A DNA stretch of 64,000 nt from NCBI GenBank assembly GCA_965216295.1, contig OZ244141.1, positions 161,819-225,818 of the forward strand, in the 5' to 3' direction. Within the stretch, counting starts at the first letter, position 1. Every line of letters begins with the position of its first letter. The notes under the pieces were generated by a model that did no database searches, was not told the origin of the DNA, and worked only from the letters and a program-made list of their open reading frames with translations. Shown here piece after piece: positions 1-7,990 of this stretch. Made by a program: the position numbers and the translations under genes. The stretch comes from Minisyncoccota bacterium (lineage in GTDB: Bacteria; Patescibacteriota; Minisyncoccia; Phycocordibacterales; JABAAK01).

Positions 1-1
1 G

Positions 2-1351
2 GTGGTGACGTTTGTTCCTAATCGCAATGAAGATGGTTTTGGTCTCAATGAACGAGGAATACAGAAACTTCACGAACAAGGAGTTACTCTTCTGTTCACC
101 ATTGATTGTGGCACTTCTGATCCAGAGATGGTTGCTAAAGCACGGTCAGAGGGCATGGATGTCATCATTCTGGATCATCACTTAGCTGGCACAACATCAC
201 CAAATGCCTATGCCATCATCAACCCAGTCCTTGAAGACACCATCCCTCTCCCTCATCCGTGTGGTGCTGGTTGTGTTTTTAAATTTCTCCAAGCACTCTT
301 GTCTCGTTACCGAGGAAGTCTTCCAGAAGGGTGGGAGAAGTGGCAACTTGATTTGGTAGGAATTGCAACTTTGTCGGATATGGTGCCCTTGTTTGGTGAG
401 AACCGTCTTTTTGTACACTTTGGTCTTTCAGTTCTTCGCAAAAGTCCACGACCAGGTATCGTTGCGCTGTGTCAGTTGGCACGAGTATCACAAAAAACTC
501 TGACAGAAGATGATATTGCTTTCACTATTGCTCCTCGCATTAACGCTGCCTCTCGTATGGGTGATGCACACGCTGCTTTCGCTCTTCTCATTGCAGAAGA
601 GTATAGTGTTGCCGTCACGAAGGCGCGGTACCTTCAAACTCTCAATGAAAAAAGAAAAAGACGGGTGGCAACCATTCTCCGTGAAGCGAACAAAAGGGTA
701 GCAGGAAAAGATACACAAGCGTCAGTGTGGGTGTTTGGAGATCGTTCGTGGGAACCATCCCTTGCAGGGTTAGTTGCTCAAAAAATACTTGAAGAACATG
801 GCAAGACTATCTTTGTGTGGGGGCACGGTGGTGGTGGTATTAAGGGTTCCTGTCGTTCTGTTCATCACAACACCTTCTCTATGATGCAGGAAGCACAGAA
901 TCGTGATTCTCTTTTTGTTGAATTCGGTGGGCACAGTCAGGCAGGTGGGTTCCAGGTGGTAGATGGCAACGAAGTCCTTCTTGAGGAAAGACTCAATAGT
1001 GTGGCACCACCTGCTACCGATGGTGTCAGCGTACCCTCTGTTGATTTTGAATTGCCGATTGGGAAGATTGGTGAGTCAATGGCAGTGTTGGATCAATTCG
1101 CTCCTTTTGGATGTGGGAACAAAAAACCACTTGTCGCTCTTCGCAACTGTCGTGTGGTTGATGTTCGTCAGTTTGGACGATACGGGGCACACACAAAGTA
1201 TCAACTGCAAGACGATACTGGTGACATTGAAGGTATTTCTTTTTTTACGAAACCCTCATCGTGTCGCGATGCGAGGGCAGTCCTTGGGCATCTTGAGCAT
1301 GACACATTTAAACAGGCACCGCGGATACGGGTAACAGAAATCATACAGTGA
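2..1351 (+). CDS. recJ: Single-stranded DNA exonuclease RecJ (5' truncated by window edge)
   Basis: DHH-family motifs TIDCG, ILDHH, ATLSDMVPL, APRINAASRM, GSCRS, FGGH and PFGCGN. Confidence 0.93.
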   Translation: MVTFVPNRNEDGFGLNERGIQKLHEQGVTLLFTIDCGTSDPEMVAKARSEGMDVIILDHHLAGTTSPNAYAIINPVLEDTIPLPHPCGAGCVFKFLQALLSRYRGSLPEGWEKWQLDLVGIATLSDMVPLFGENRLFVHFGLSVLRKSPRPGIVALCQLARVSQKTLTEDDIAFTIAPRINAASRMGDAHAAFALLIAEEYSVAVTKARYLQTLNEKRKRRVATILREANKRVAGKDTQASVWVFGDRSWEPSLAGLVAQKILEEHGKTIFVWGHGGGGIKGSCRSVHHNTFSMMQEAQNRDSLFVEFGGHSQAGGFQVVDGNEVLLEERLNSVAPPATDGVSVPSVDFELPIGKIGESMAVLDQFAPFGCGNKKPLVALRNCRVVDVRQFGRYGAHTKYQLQDDTGDIEGISFFTKPSSCRDARAVLGHLEHDTFKQAPRIRVTEIIQ

Positions 1352-2856
1352 GGAATTTCATTTTTATCATCACCGCAGGGTTTTTCTCCGGTGTTGTTAC
1401 CAGCTTTTTATTATCGTTGACCATTGCTTTTGTAAGTGGTGTCGGTGTCACTCTTCTTCTTGCAACGATAGTCATACTCATCGTTGCGCGCTTCTTTCGG
1501 AAGGCTGTGGTGATATCTCTCTTTGTGGCGAGTTTTTTCATTGGTGTCTTGGTGGGAGGCGGTGCTCCAATGCAGGAGAGCACACTGCCGTTTGAAAGGG
1601 ATAGTGTGATTACAGGAACAGTTGTGGGTGATATTGAACATCGCAAAAATACTGATCGCTATCTGGTTTCTGTTGAACGGGTGAATGGAAAGCAACAAGA
1701 AAAAGAAGAGCGAGTGTTGGTGTATGAACCTTACCCAACAGCATGCTCATTCGGAGATTTTTTTCAAGTTGGTGGTCGCATTACTCGCCCAGAACCGTTT
1801 ATAACGACTAGTAGCAGAGTCTTTCCATACCATACTCACCTGAGTAAAGACAACATTCACGGCATTCTCTTTATCACACAAGGGAAAGAGAGTACGGTTT
1901 GTACAGGCAGTGAAACGTATCACCGCGGCACATTTTTCTCACGAGTTCGTTTGTTTGTTGTTGGTAAATTAGAAGAGCATCTGCCAGAACCAGAGTCATC
2001 ACTATTGGGTGGGTTACTCTTGGGACTTCGTGGTTCGTTGACGACTGAGTTTCTTGAAGCATTTCGAGTGACTGGTCTCCTTCATATTATTGTATTGTCT
2101 GGATACAATGTTATGATTGTTGCCGAAGCGGTGCGTCGTTTAATCGTCCGACTACCAATTTCCAGAAACTATGCACTTGGGGTGGCAGGTATTACTATCA
2201 TTGCTTTTGTTCTTCTCTCAGGGGCACAGACCGCAGCGGTGCGTGCGGGCATCATGGCAACGATTGGATTGTTTGCCCGATTGTTGCATCGGGAAAACGA
2301 TGGACTCCGTGCTCTTGCTCTTGCTGGTTGCATTATGGTTGCTATCAATCCTGCGCAATTACTCTATGATGTTTCATTTCACCTCTCCTTTTTAGCAACT
2401 GCAGGTTTGTTGCTCTACACTCCTATCATTGAGAAAAAACTCCATCGCATTACCGATCGATTCCAGCTGAGAAATATTATTGCAATTACGCTTTCAGTAC
2501 AGATGTTTCTTCTGCCGTACCTCGCCTACCGCATCGGTGAGGCGTCACTGATTGGTGTTGTTGCAAACATATTTGTTTTGCCATTGGTGCCAATTGCTAT
2601 GGGGTTTGGGTTTCTGGTTATCCTTGTGGGAACGGTCATACCACCGTTGGCACCTGTTGTTGCTCCTCTTGCATACCTTTCAACGCATGCAATTGTGTTA
2701 ATTGCCACCATCCTTGCCGTACCAATGTATGCATCAATTGCACTCCCTACAATACCTCCTTTCGTAATGCTTATCCTCTATATTCCCTTTGTTGTTTTTG
2801 CTATACAGTGGCGCAAAAAGAATTCTTTTCGTGAAGAGACACCCATTAACGGGTAA
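1348..2856 (+). CDS. comEC: ComEC/Rec2 competence membrane protein (OB + competence domains)
   Basis: Motifs GLLHIIVLSGYNV, AVRAGIMA and SFHLSFLAT; many TM segments. Confidence 0.92.
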   Translation: MRNFIFIITAGFFSGVVTSFLLSLTIAFVSGVGVTLLLATIVILIVARFFRKAVVISLFVASFFIGVLVGGGAPMQESTLPFERDSVITGTVVGDIEHRKNTDRYLVSVERVNGKQQEKEERVLVYEPYPTACSFGDFFQVGGRITRPEPFITTSSRVFPYHTHLSKDNIHGILFITQGKESTVCTGSETYHRGTFFSRVRLFVVGKLEEHLPEPESSLLGGLLLGLRGSLTTEFLEAFRVTGLLHIIVLSGYNVMIVAEAVRRLIVRLPISRNYALGVAGITIIAFVLLSGAQTAAVRAGIMATIGLFARLLHRENDGLRALALAGCIMVAINPAQLLYDVSFHLSFLATAGLLLYTPIIEKKLHRITDRFQLRNIIAITLSVQMFLLPYLAYRIGEASLIGVVANIFVLPLVPIAMGFGFLVILVGTVIPPLAPVVAPLAYLSTHAIVLIATILAVPMYASIALPTIPPFVMLILYIPFVVFAIQWRKKNSFREETPING

Positions 2857-3421
2857 GGCGATCAGCCACAACTTCCCAATTGATTGCGTTCATATATGCA
2901 CGAACGTAGTCACCTTTTTCTTTTGGTGTGTAATCACGAAGATATGCGTGTTCCCACATATCAACAGCAAGAATGCATGGAAGGCAAACACCCCCTATCT
3001 CATGATCAGCAACCCACACAGGGTGGAGTACGTTTCGTTCAGTGTCATGCAACACTAACACCCAACCAATGCCACGAGTCTCTCGTGCCATATCCGCTAT
3101 ATCCTCAACGAACGCTTCGAATGATTGAAATTGCTTCTCAATGATACTTTGCATATGAGAAGGACACGGACGTGGTCCGCCTGAGAGTGCTGAGAAGTAC
3201 AACTCATGGTTGATGACTCCTGCTAATTCAAAACCGATTCGTCTGGCTACCTCTGTGATGGTACGGGCGTTTTCTTTTTTATTTTCTTTAAGTGTTGTGA
3301 GGGTTGTAGAGAGCCCATTAAGGTTTTTGACATAGCCTTCATAGAGCTGGAGATGTATCGCCATGGTTTCTGGAGATATACCAGGAACGCTTGGGAGAGA
3401 AAATTGCTTCACCTTGTACAT
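2846..3421 (-). CDS. Fe/Mn superoxide dismutase family protein
   Basis: Motifs HLQLYEGYV, NHELYF and DMWEHAY. Start moved to ATG 3421, 10 nt after an extended -10 (TGgTACACT). Confidence 0.85.
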   Translation of the reverse strand: MYKVKQFSLPSVPGISPETMAIHLQLYEGYVKNLNGLSTTLTTLKENKKENARTITEVARRIGFELAGVINHELYFSALSGGPRPCPSHMQSIIEKQFQSFEAFVEDIADMARETRGIGWVLVLHDTERNVLHPVWVADHEIGGVCLPCILAVDMWEHAYLRDYTPKEKGDYVRAYMNAINWEVVADRLTR

Positions 3422-3449
3422 ATCAGCGATTAGTGTACCATAGCAAGGT

Positions 3450-4322
3450 ATGCAAACAGGGGCTGTGTGGACGGTGTGCTCAATCGCCTTGGTTGTGGTG
3501 GCAATTGTCACCCATTGGTGGTTTGTCTCTGTGGTTTCAGGGACTGGAACTGGTGCCTTTACTGTTCACTTCCTATCCGTTGGTCAAGGAGACGCTATTC
3601 TCCTAGAAACACCGCACGGCAAACAAATACTCGTTGATGGTGGTCGTGGTGGCGCTGTCATTCGTGCATTAGGTGAAGTGCTTCCTTCCCATGACGACAC
3701 TATTGATATTGTTATCGCAACACATCCTGATGCAGATCATATTGGTGGATTAGTTGGTGTTCTCGATCGCTTTCATGTTGATACTATCATCCATACTGGT
3801 GCAACAACAGATACCAGGGTATATAAATCATTTGCTGAACGAATAGCACACGAGGTTACAGAAGGTGCTCGTGAATATGTTGTGCAAGAACCGATGCATC
3901 TCACCATTGATGGTGTGACAATCTCGCTTCTCTGGCCAATTTTTGGTTTGGTGGGTGATAGCAATGCAGGGTCAATTGTACTGGTTGCTCGGTATGGTGA
4001 TGCAGGTGTGTTTCTCTCAGGTGATGCTCCTGAAGTAGTTGAGGGATATGTTGTTGATCAATTCTCTTCGTTGTTGTCTGAGATAGAGGTGGTGAAAGCG
4101 GGGCATCACGGTTCAAAAACATCAACAGGAGAGGCACTCCTTTCTGTCACTCAACCAACGTTTGTTATTGTCTCAGCAGGAGAGGCAAATCAATATGGGC
4201 ATCCGCACGATAGTGTTATCACTCGTATTAAAGAAAGCGGCGCTTTTGTGGTAGAGACAAAGGATGGTACGAGTACCTTTTCATCAATGGGGGAGCCGTT
4301 TGCTGAATTTGTACAACAGTAG
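3450..4322 (+). CDS. ComEC-type metallo-beta-lactamase fold protein (stand-alone)
   Basis: Motifs VGQGDA, LVDGG, THPDADHIGG, GHHGS and NQYGHPH; N-terminal TM anchor. Confidence 0.9.
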   Translation: MQTGAVWTVCSIALVVVAIVTHWWFVSVVSGTGTGAFTVHFLSVGQGDAILLETPHGKQILVDGGRGGAVIRALGEVLPSHDDTIDIVIATHPDADHIGGLVGVLDRFHVDTIIHTGATTDTRVYKSFAERIAHEVTEGAREYVVQEPMHLTIDGVTISLLWPIFGLVGDSNAGSIVLVARYGDAGVFLSGDAPEVVEGYVVDQFSSLLSEIEVVKAGHHGSKTSTGEALLSVTQPTFVIVSAGEANQYGHPHDSVITRIKESGAFVVETKDGTSTFSSMGEPFAEFVQQ

Positions 4323-4335
4323 TGTTATGAAGGTA

Positions 4336-4375
4336 AAAAAACGGGACGCACATACGTGTACGTCCCGTTAAAAAG
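4336..4375. terminator. Intrinsic terminator (bidirectional-looking) between the MBL gene and the 4396-5193 gene
   Basis: A-run + acgggacgcac-atac-gtgtacgtcccgt hairpin; a near-identical copy lies at 5351-5386. Confidence 0.75.
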
Positions 4376-4395
4376 GTAAAGAACATGATTTTATT

Positions 4396-5193
4396 TCACG
4401 GCACTATAGCACTACCCAAAAAGGCATTCAGACGAAGTTTCACAACTGATGGTGCAAGACTTCCTATCTGTTTGGTCTTTCGTTCTGGTAGCACGGGGCA
4501 CTTGAAAATTTCAGAAGGTGTTCCAGGGCAATGGAAAATATGAACTAAACAACCACCCTCACCATTATCATATTTACAACTCTCTCTTAATTCCCCTCTA
4601 AGAGTCACAGCAGCAGTAGTGACTACTGTTGTGTCACCTTGTAAGGTGCTGGGAATAGTTTCAGCGTCTTCTGTAACAAAGACATCCTGAGCGGTTGTAG
4701 TAGTACCTCTCAATGTCGTTGTGTGCACCGTAATGGTGGGTTGCAACGCTTCGTCATATTGAACAAAGGTCTTTTTCGTCGTGTAGGCAACCGTTGTGGT
4801 AACCGACACATCACGAATAATTTTCCTTGTTACGGTTGTCACCAAAGTACTTCCATTCCCAACTAACCGTATTGTGGTTACTTGGGTCTTTTTAGTAAGT
4901 GTCAACGTTGTTGGATGCATACAACCCCCTGAGAGGTACCAGCAGTAATCTGCTTGTACTAAGATACCGGCTCTTTTCTTACCAGTATCAAGCCTATCAA
5001 TAAACCCAACACGACCAGAAGTCGGTTGAGTGTACGTGGGAGAGGTATCTTCGTGGTGTTTGTAAGCATCCTGCACTAACTCTTCAAGACCACTCCATCC
5101 GGGGATGTGTGTATCATTGTCGAATTCCTGAGCATATGCGGTATTGATATAGATTGTGGCAATAAAGAATGCCATGACTGTTTTTCGTAACAT
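4396..5193 (-). CDS. Secreted Thr-rich protein; internally deleted paralog of 5406-7823
   Basis: Signal peptide MLRKTVMAFFIATIYINTAYA and GGAGG upstream. N- and C-termini are homologous to the neighbour; the protease core is missing. Confidence 0.7.
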   Translation of the reverse strand: MLRKTVMAFFIATIYINTAYAQEFDNDTHIPGWSGLEELVQDAYKHHEDTSPTYTQPTSGRVGFIDRLDTGKKRAGILVQADYCWYLSGGCMHPTTLTLTKKTQVTTIRLVGNGSTLVTTVTRKIIRDVSVTTTVAYTTKKTFVQYDEALQPTITVHTTTLRGTTTTAQDVFVTEDAETIPSTLQGDTTVVTTAAVTLRGELRESCKYDNGEGGCLVHIFHCPGTPSEIFKCPVLPERKTKQIGSLAPSVVKLRLNAFLGSAIVP

Positions 5194-5350
5194 TGTTTGG
5201 TAAAACCTCCATGTGTAGATAGATGAAAAACAAAGGTGTGTCTGAGGAGAATTCCTCAGATACATACATCAGATATCATACAATAAAATAGAGGGAATGG
5301 CAAAAATACAACTTGTTGGTAGGGATATCGATAGAGGTGTGTATTGTATA

Positions 5351-5386
5351 AAAAAAACGGGACGCACATATGTGTACGTCCCGCTT
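5351..5386 (-). terminator. Intrinsic terminator of the 5406-7823 gene
   Basis: cgggacgcac-atat-gtgtacgtcccg hairpin with a U-tract on the minus strand. Confidence 0.75.
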
Positions 5387-5405
5387 GAAGATAAAGAACA
5401 TGATT

Positions 5406-7823
5406 TCATCGAACAGCACCACCTAAAAAGACACGAAGACGAAGTTTCACAACCGATGGCGTGAGACTTCCTGTCTGTTGGGTCTTTGGTTCTGGTAGCA
5501 CAGGGCACTTGAAAATTTCAGAGGGTGTTCCGGGGCAATTGAATATATGCCTGACATTCCCTTCGTTGCGATCCCCAAAAATAGTCACAACAGTAGTGAC
5601 TATCGTTTTCTCACCTTGTAAGGTGCTGGGAATAGTTTCAGTGTCTTCTGTAACAAAGATATCTTGAGCAGTTGTGGTAGTACCTCTCAATGTCGTTGCG
5701 CGCACCATGCTGGTTGCGTACGACACTCCGTCATATCGAACAATAGTCTTTTCCGTTGTGTAGGCAACCGTTGTGGCAACCGACATATCACGGATAGTTT
5801 CCTTTGTAGTCGATATCACTAAGATACTTCCATTCCCAACTAACCGTATTGTGGTTACTTGGGTCTCTTTGGTCAGTGTCAACGTTGTTGATTGTTCTAG
5901 CAATGCCTTCTCTATACTCAGTTCACCTTCTCCTGTCGTCATGGTTGTGACTACTGGGAGAGTTGATGTTCTGATTGAAGAAGTCGTTACTCCATCGACA
6001 GTTGTTCTTGTTCCACGGACTAACTTGTCTGTGAAAGTCTGAGTCACTGTCTCTGTCGTAATGAGAGATCCGGTATATCCCACGAATGCTTGTGTGGTAG
6101 ACGGTGATCCTATCACAACCATCTCTCTTCGCGTTGAGGGTATCTGTATGACACTCTCTGTTGAAGAAAAATGGATAGTGATTTCACCAGAGGGAAGGTA
6201 AACCGTTGTGGTAGTGTAGACACCCATTCTCACAGACGTATCCGCAGAAGTGAGTGTAACAGTTGCCACTGTGGTTGTTGCAATCCCATCTTCCACCTTC
6301 ACCACGATTGTCGTAGTGTTAGTGGTAACCAGCAATGTGATCCCTTGATCTTCTGTTGTTACAGCTTCTGTACTCAGCTCACCGTCTCTTGTCGTCATGG
6401 TTGTGACTACTGGGAGAGTTGATGTTCTGATTGAAGAAGTCGTTACTCCATCGACAGTTGTTCTTGTTCCACGGACTAACTTGTCTGTGAAAGTCTGAGT
6501 CACTGTCTCTGTCGTAATGAGAGATCCGGTATATCCCACGAATGCTTGTGTGGTAGACGGTGATCCTATCACAACCATCTCTCTTCGCGTTGAGGGTATC
6601 TGTATGACACTCTCCGTTAAAGAGAAACGGTTGGTAGTACCTCTCGGAATGGTGTCTTGGAAGAAACCAATCTCCGCTGTCACCATAGTGTCTTCTGCCA
6701 CAGATGTATCCGTGGAGATTTCAATGAGAGTAATCACGTTTGTTGTGAGAACTCCATCATCTACTACAGCAACCGTTGAGGTCGTTACAACACGAGTCAC
6801 AACAGTCATTTCTGTCGTGTCTATTTGTGTTGTTTCTGCCATAACTCTCTCTTTCACAGGGAACAGACAGTCATGAGTTGCCCGTAACTGACCAACACCC
6901 CAGATACTATCAGGAGTAGTCACCCCATCAGGAACCCAGGTACACTTCCGCACTCTCTCGAACACATCAGTGGCAGTCATAGTCGGACTCACCTGTCGCA
7001 TACCCCACATCACCACCCCAACTAAGGGTGTGCCGAAGGAATTGCCTTCACCAATAGCACCAAAGTAATCAAGCCCAACAGCGAACCGAGACTGGATACA
7101 CCATGCCTCAGCACCAGTACAAACCTGATCAGTTTTATTTTTGCTATACCCACTCACTGTTAAGATTTTGCTCGTTGTGCGAACAATCTTCGATATCGCC
7201 TTAAACTGTGAAACGGCAAGTGATTGAGAGGTGGAATTTGCACTACGTATATTCTCTCCCGAATACACCAAATGAGCACCAGTACTCGGGGTGATGTCAA
7301 TGGGAAGGATAAACTCACAATCAGTATCAGGAAGACCGCAACCTTCACCACTAATCGTCCCTCCTTCGGCAGAGATGGTAACGATGTCATCGGAGATGAA
7401 CTCGTTACGAAACTCTAGACCCCAAGGAGTATCTGGTGCGTATACATACTTCACCGGAAGTCCAGTGAATTCGTAGTCATAAGGAAGATTTTTGAGTGTG
7501 GTTGTCGTAAACGTTGTCGGATACACACAACCATCGTCAAAGGAGCTGAGGTACCAGCAGTAGACCGCTTGTACCATAATGCCATGCCTCTTCGCATCAT
7601 CAGGCGACCCCGACCCATCAATAAACCCAACACGACCAGAAGTCGGTTGAGCATAGGTGGGAGAGGTACCTTCGTAGTGTTTGTAAGCATCTCGCACTAA
7701 CTCTTCAAGACCACTCCATCCAGGAATCCATCTATCCTTGTCATACTTGATAACCTCTTGAGCATATGCAGTGTTGATATAGATTGTGGCAATAAAGAAT
7801 GCCACGATTGTTTTTCGTAACAT
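5406..7823 (-). CDS. Secreted protein with divergent S8 (subtilisin-like) domain and Thr/Val-rich repeats
   Basis: Signal peptide; VGFID (Asp), RHGIMVQAV (His), LVYSGEN (oxyanion Asn), CTGAEAWCI, GNSFGTPLV (Ser) and DSIWGVGQL resemble subtilase motifs. Start is placed after GGAGG. Confidence 0.6.
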   Translation of the reverse strand: MLRKTIVAFFIATIYINTAYAQEVIKYDKDRWIPGWSGLEELVRDAYKHYEGTSPTYAQPTSGRVGFIDGSGSPDDAKRHGIMVQAVYCWYLSSFDDGCVYPTTFTTTTLKNLPYDYEFTGLPVKYVYAPDTPWGLEFRNEFISDDIVTISAEGGTISGEGCGLPDTDCEFILPIDITPSTGAHLVYSGENIRSANSTSQSLAVSQFKAISKIVRTTSKILTVSGYSKNKTDQVCTGAEAWCIQSRFAVGLDYFGAIGEGNSFGTPLVGVVMWGMRQVSPTMTATDVFERVRKCTWVPDGVTTPDSIWGVGQLRATHDCLFPVKERVMAETTQIDTTEMTVVTRVVTTSTVAVVDDGVLTTNVITLIEISTDTSVAEDTMVTAEIGFFQDTIPRGTTNRFSLTESVIQIPSTRREMVVIGSPSTTQAFVGYTGSLITTETVTQTFTDKLVRGTRTTVDGVTTSSIRTSTLPVVTTMTTRDGELSTEAVTTEDQGITLLVTTNTTTIVVKVEDGIATTTVATVTLTSADTSVRMGVYTTTTVYLPSGEITIHFSSTESVIQIPSTRREMVVIGSPSTTQAFVGYTGSLITTETVTQTFTDKLVRGTRTTVDGVTTSSIRTSTLPVVTTMTTGEGELSIEKALLEQSTTLTLTKETQVTTIRLVGNGSILVISTTKETIRDMSVATTVAYTTEKTIVRYDGVSYATSMVRATTLRGTTTTAQDIFVTEDTETIPSTLQGEKTIVTTVVTIFGDRNEGNVRHIFNCPGTPSEIFKCPVLPEPKTQQTGSLTPSVVKLRLRVFLGGAVR
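5934..6614. repeat. Perfect 225-bp intragenic direct repeat (5934-6158 and 6390-6614)
   Basis: Identical sequence at offset 456 bp; the protein repeat ESVIQIPSTRREMV...LPVVTTMTT occurs twice. Confidence 0.92.
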
Positions 7824-7990
7824 TGTTTGGTAAAACCTCCATATATAGATAAATGAAAAACAAAGGTGTGTCTGAGGAAAACCCTCACACACATACACCA
7901 TATATCATACAACAAAATATACAAATAGGCAATGTAGTTTTACACACTATGTATTAGAAATATGATAAGTCACGGATATACTACACTTGT

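Noticed and set aside
4396-7823. Diversity-generating retroelement TR/VR pair
   Set aside because: Differences between the paralogs are not adenine-specific and no reverse transcriptase is present.
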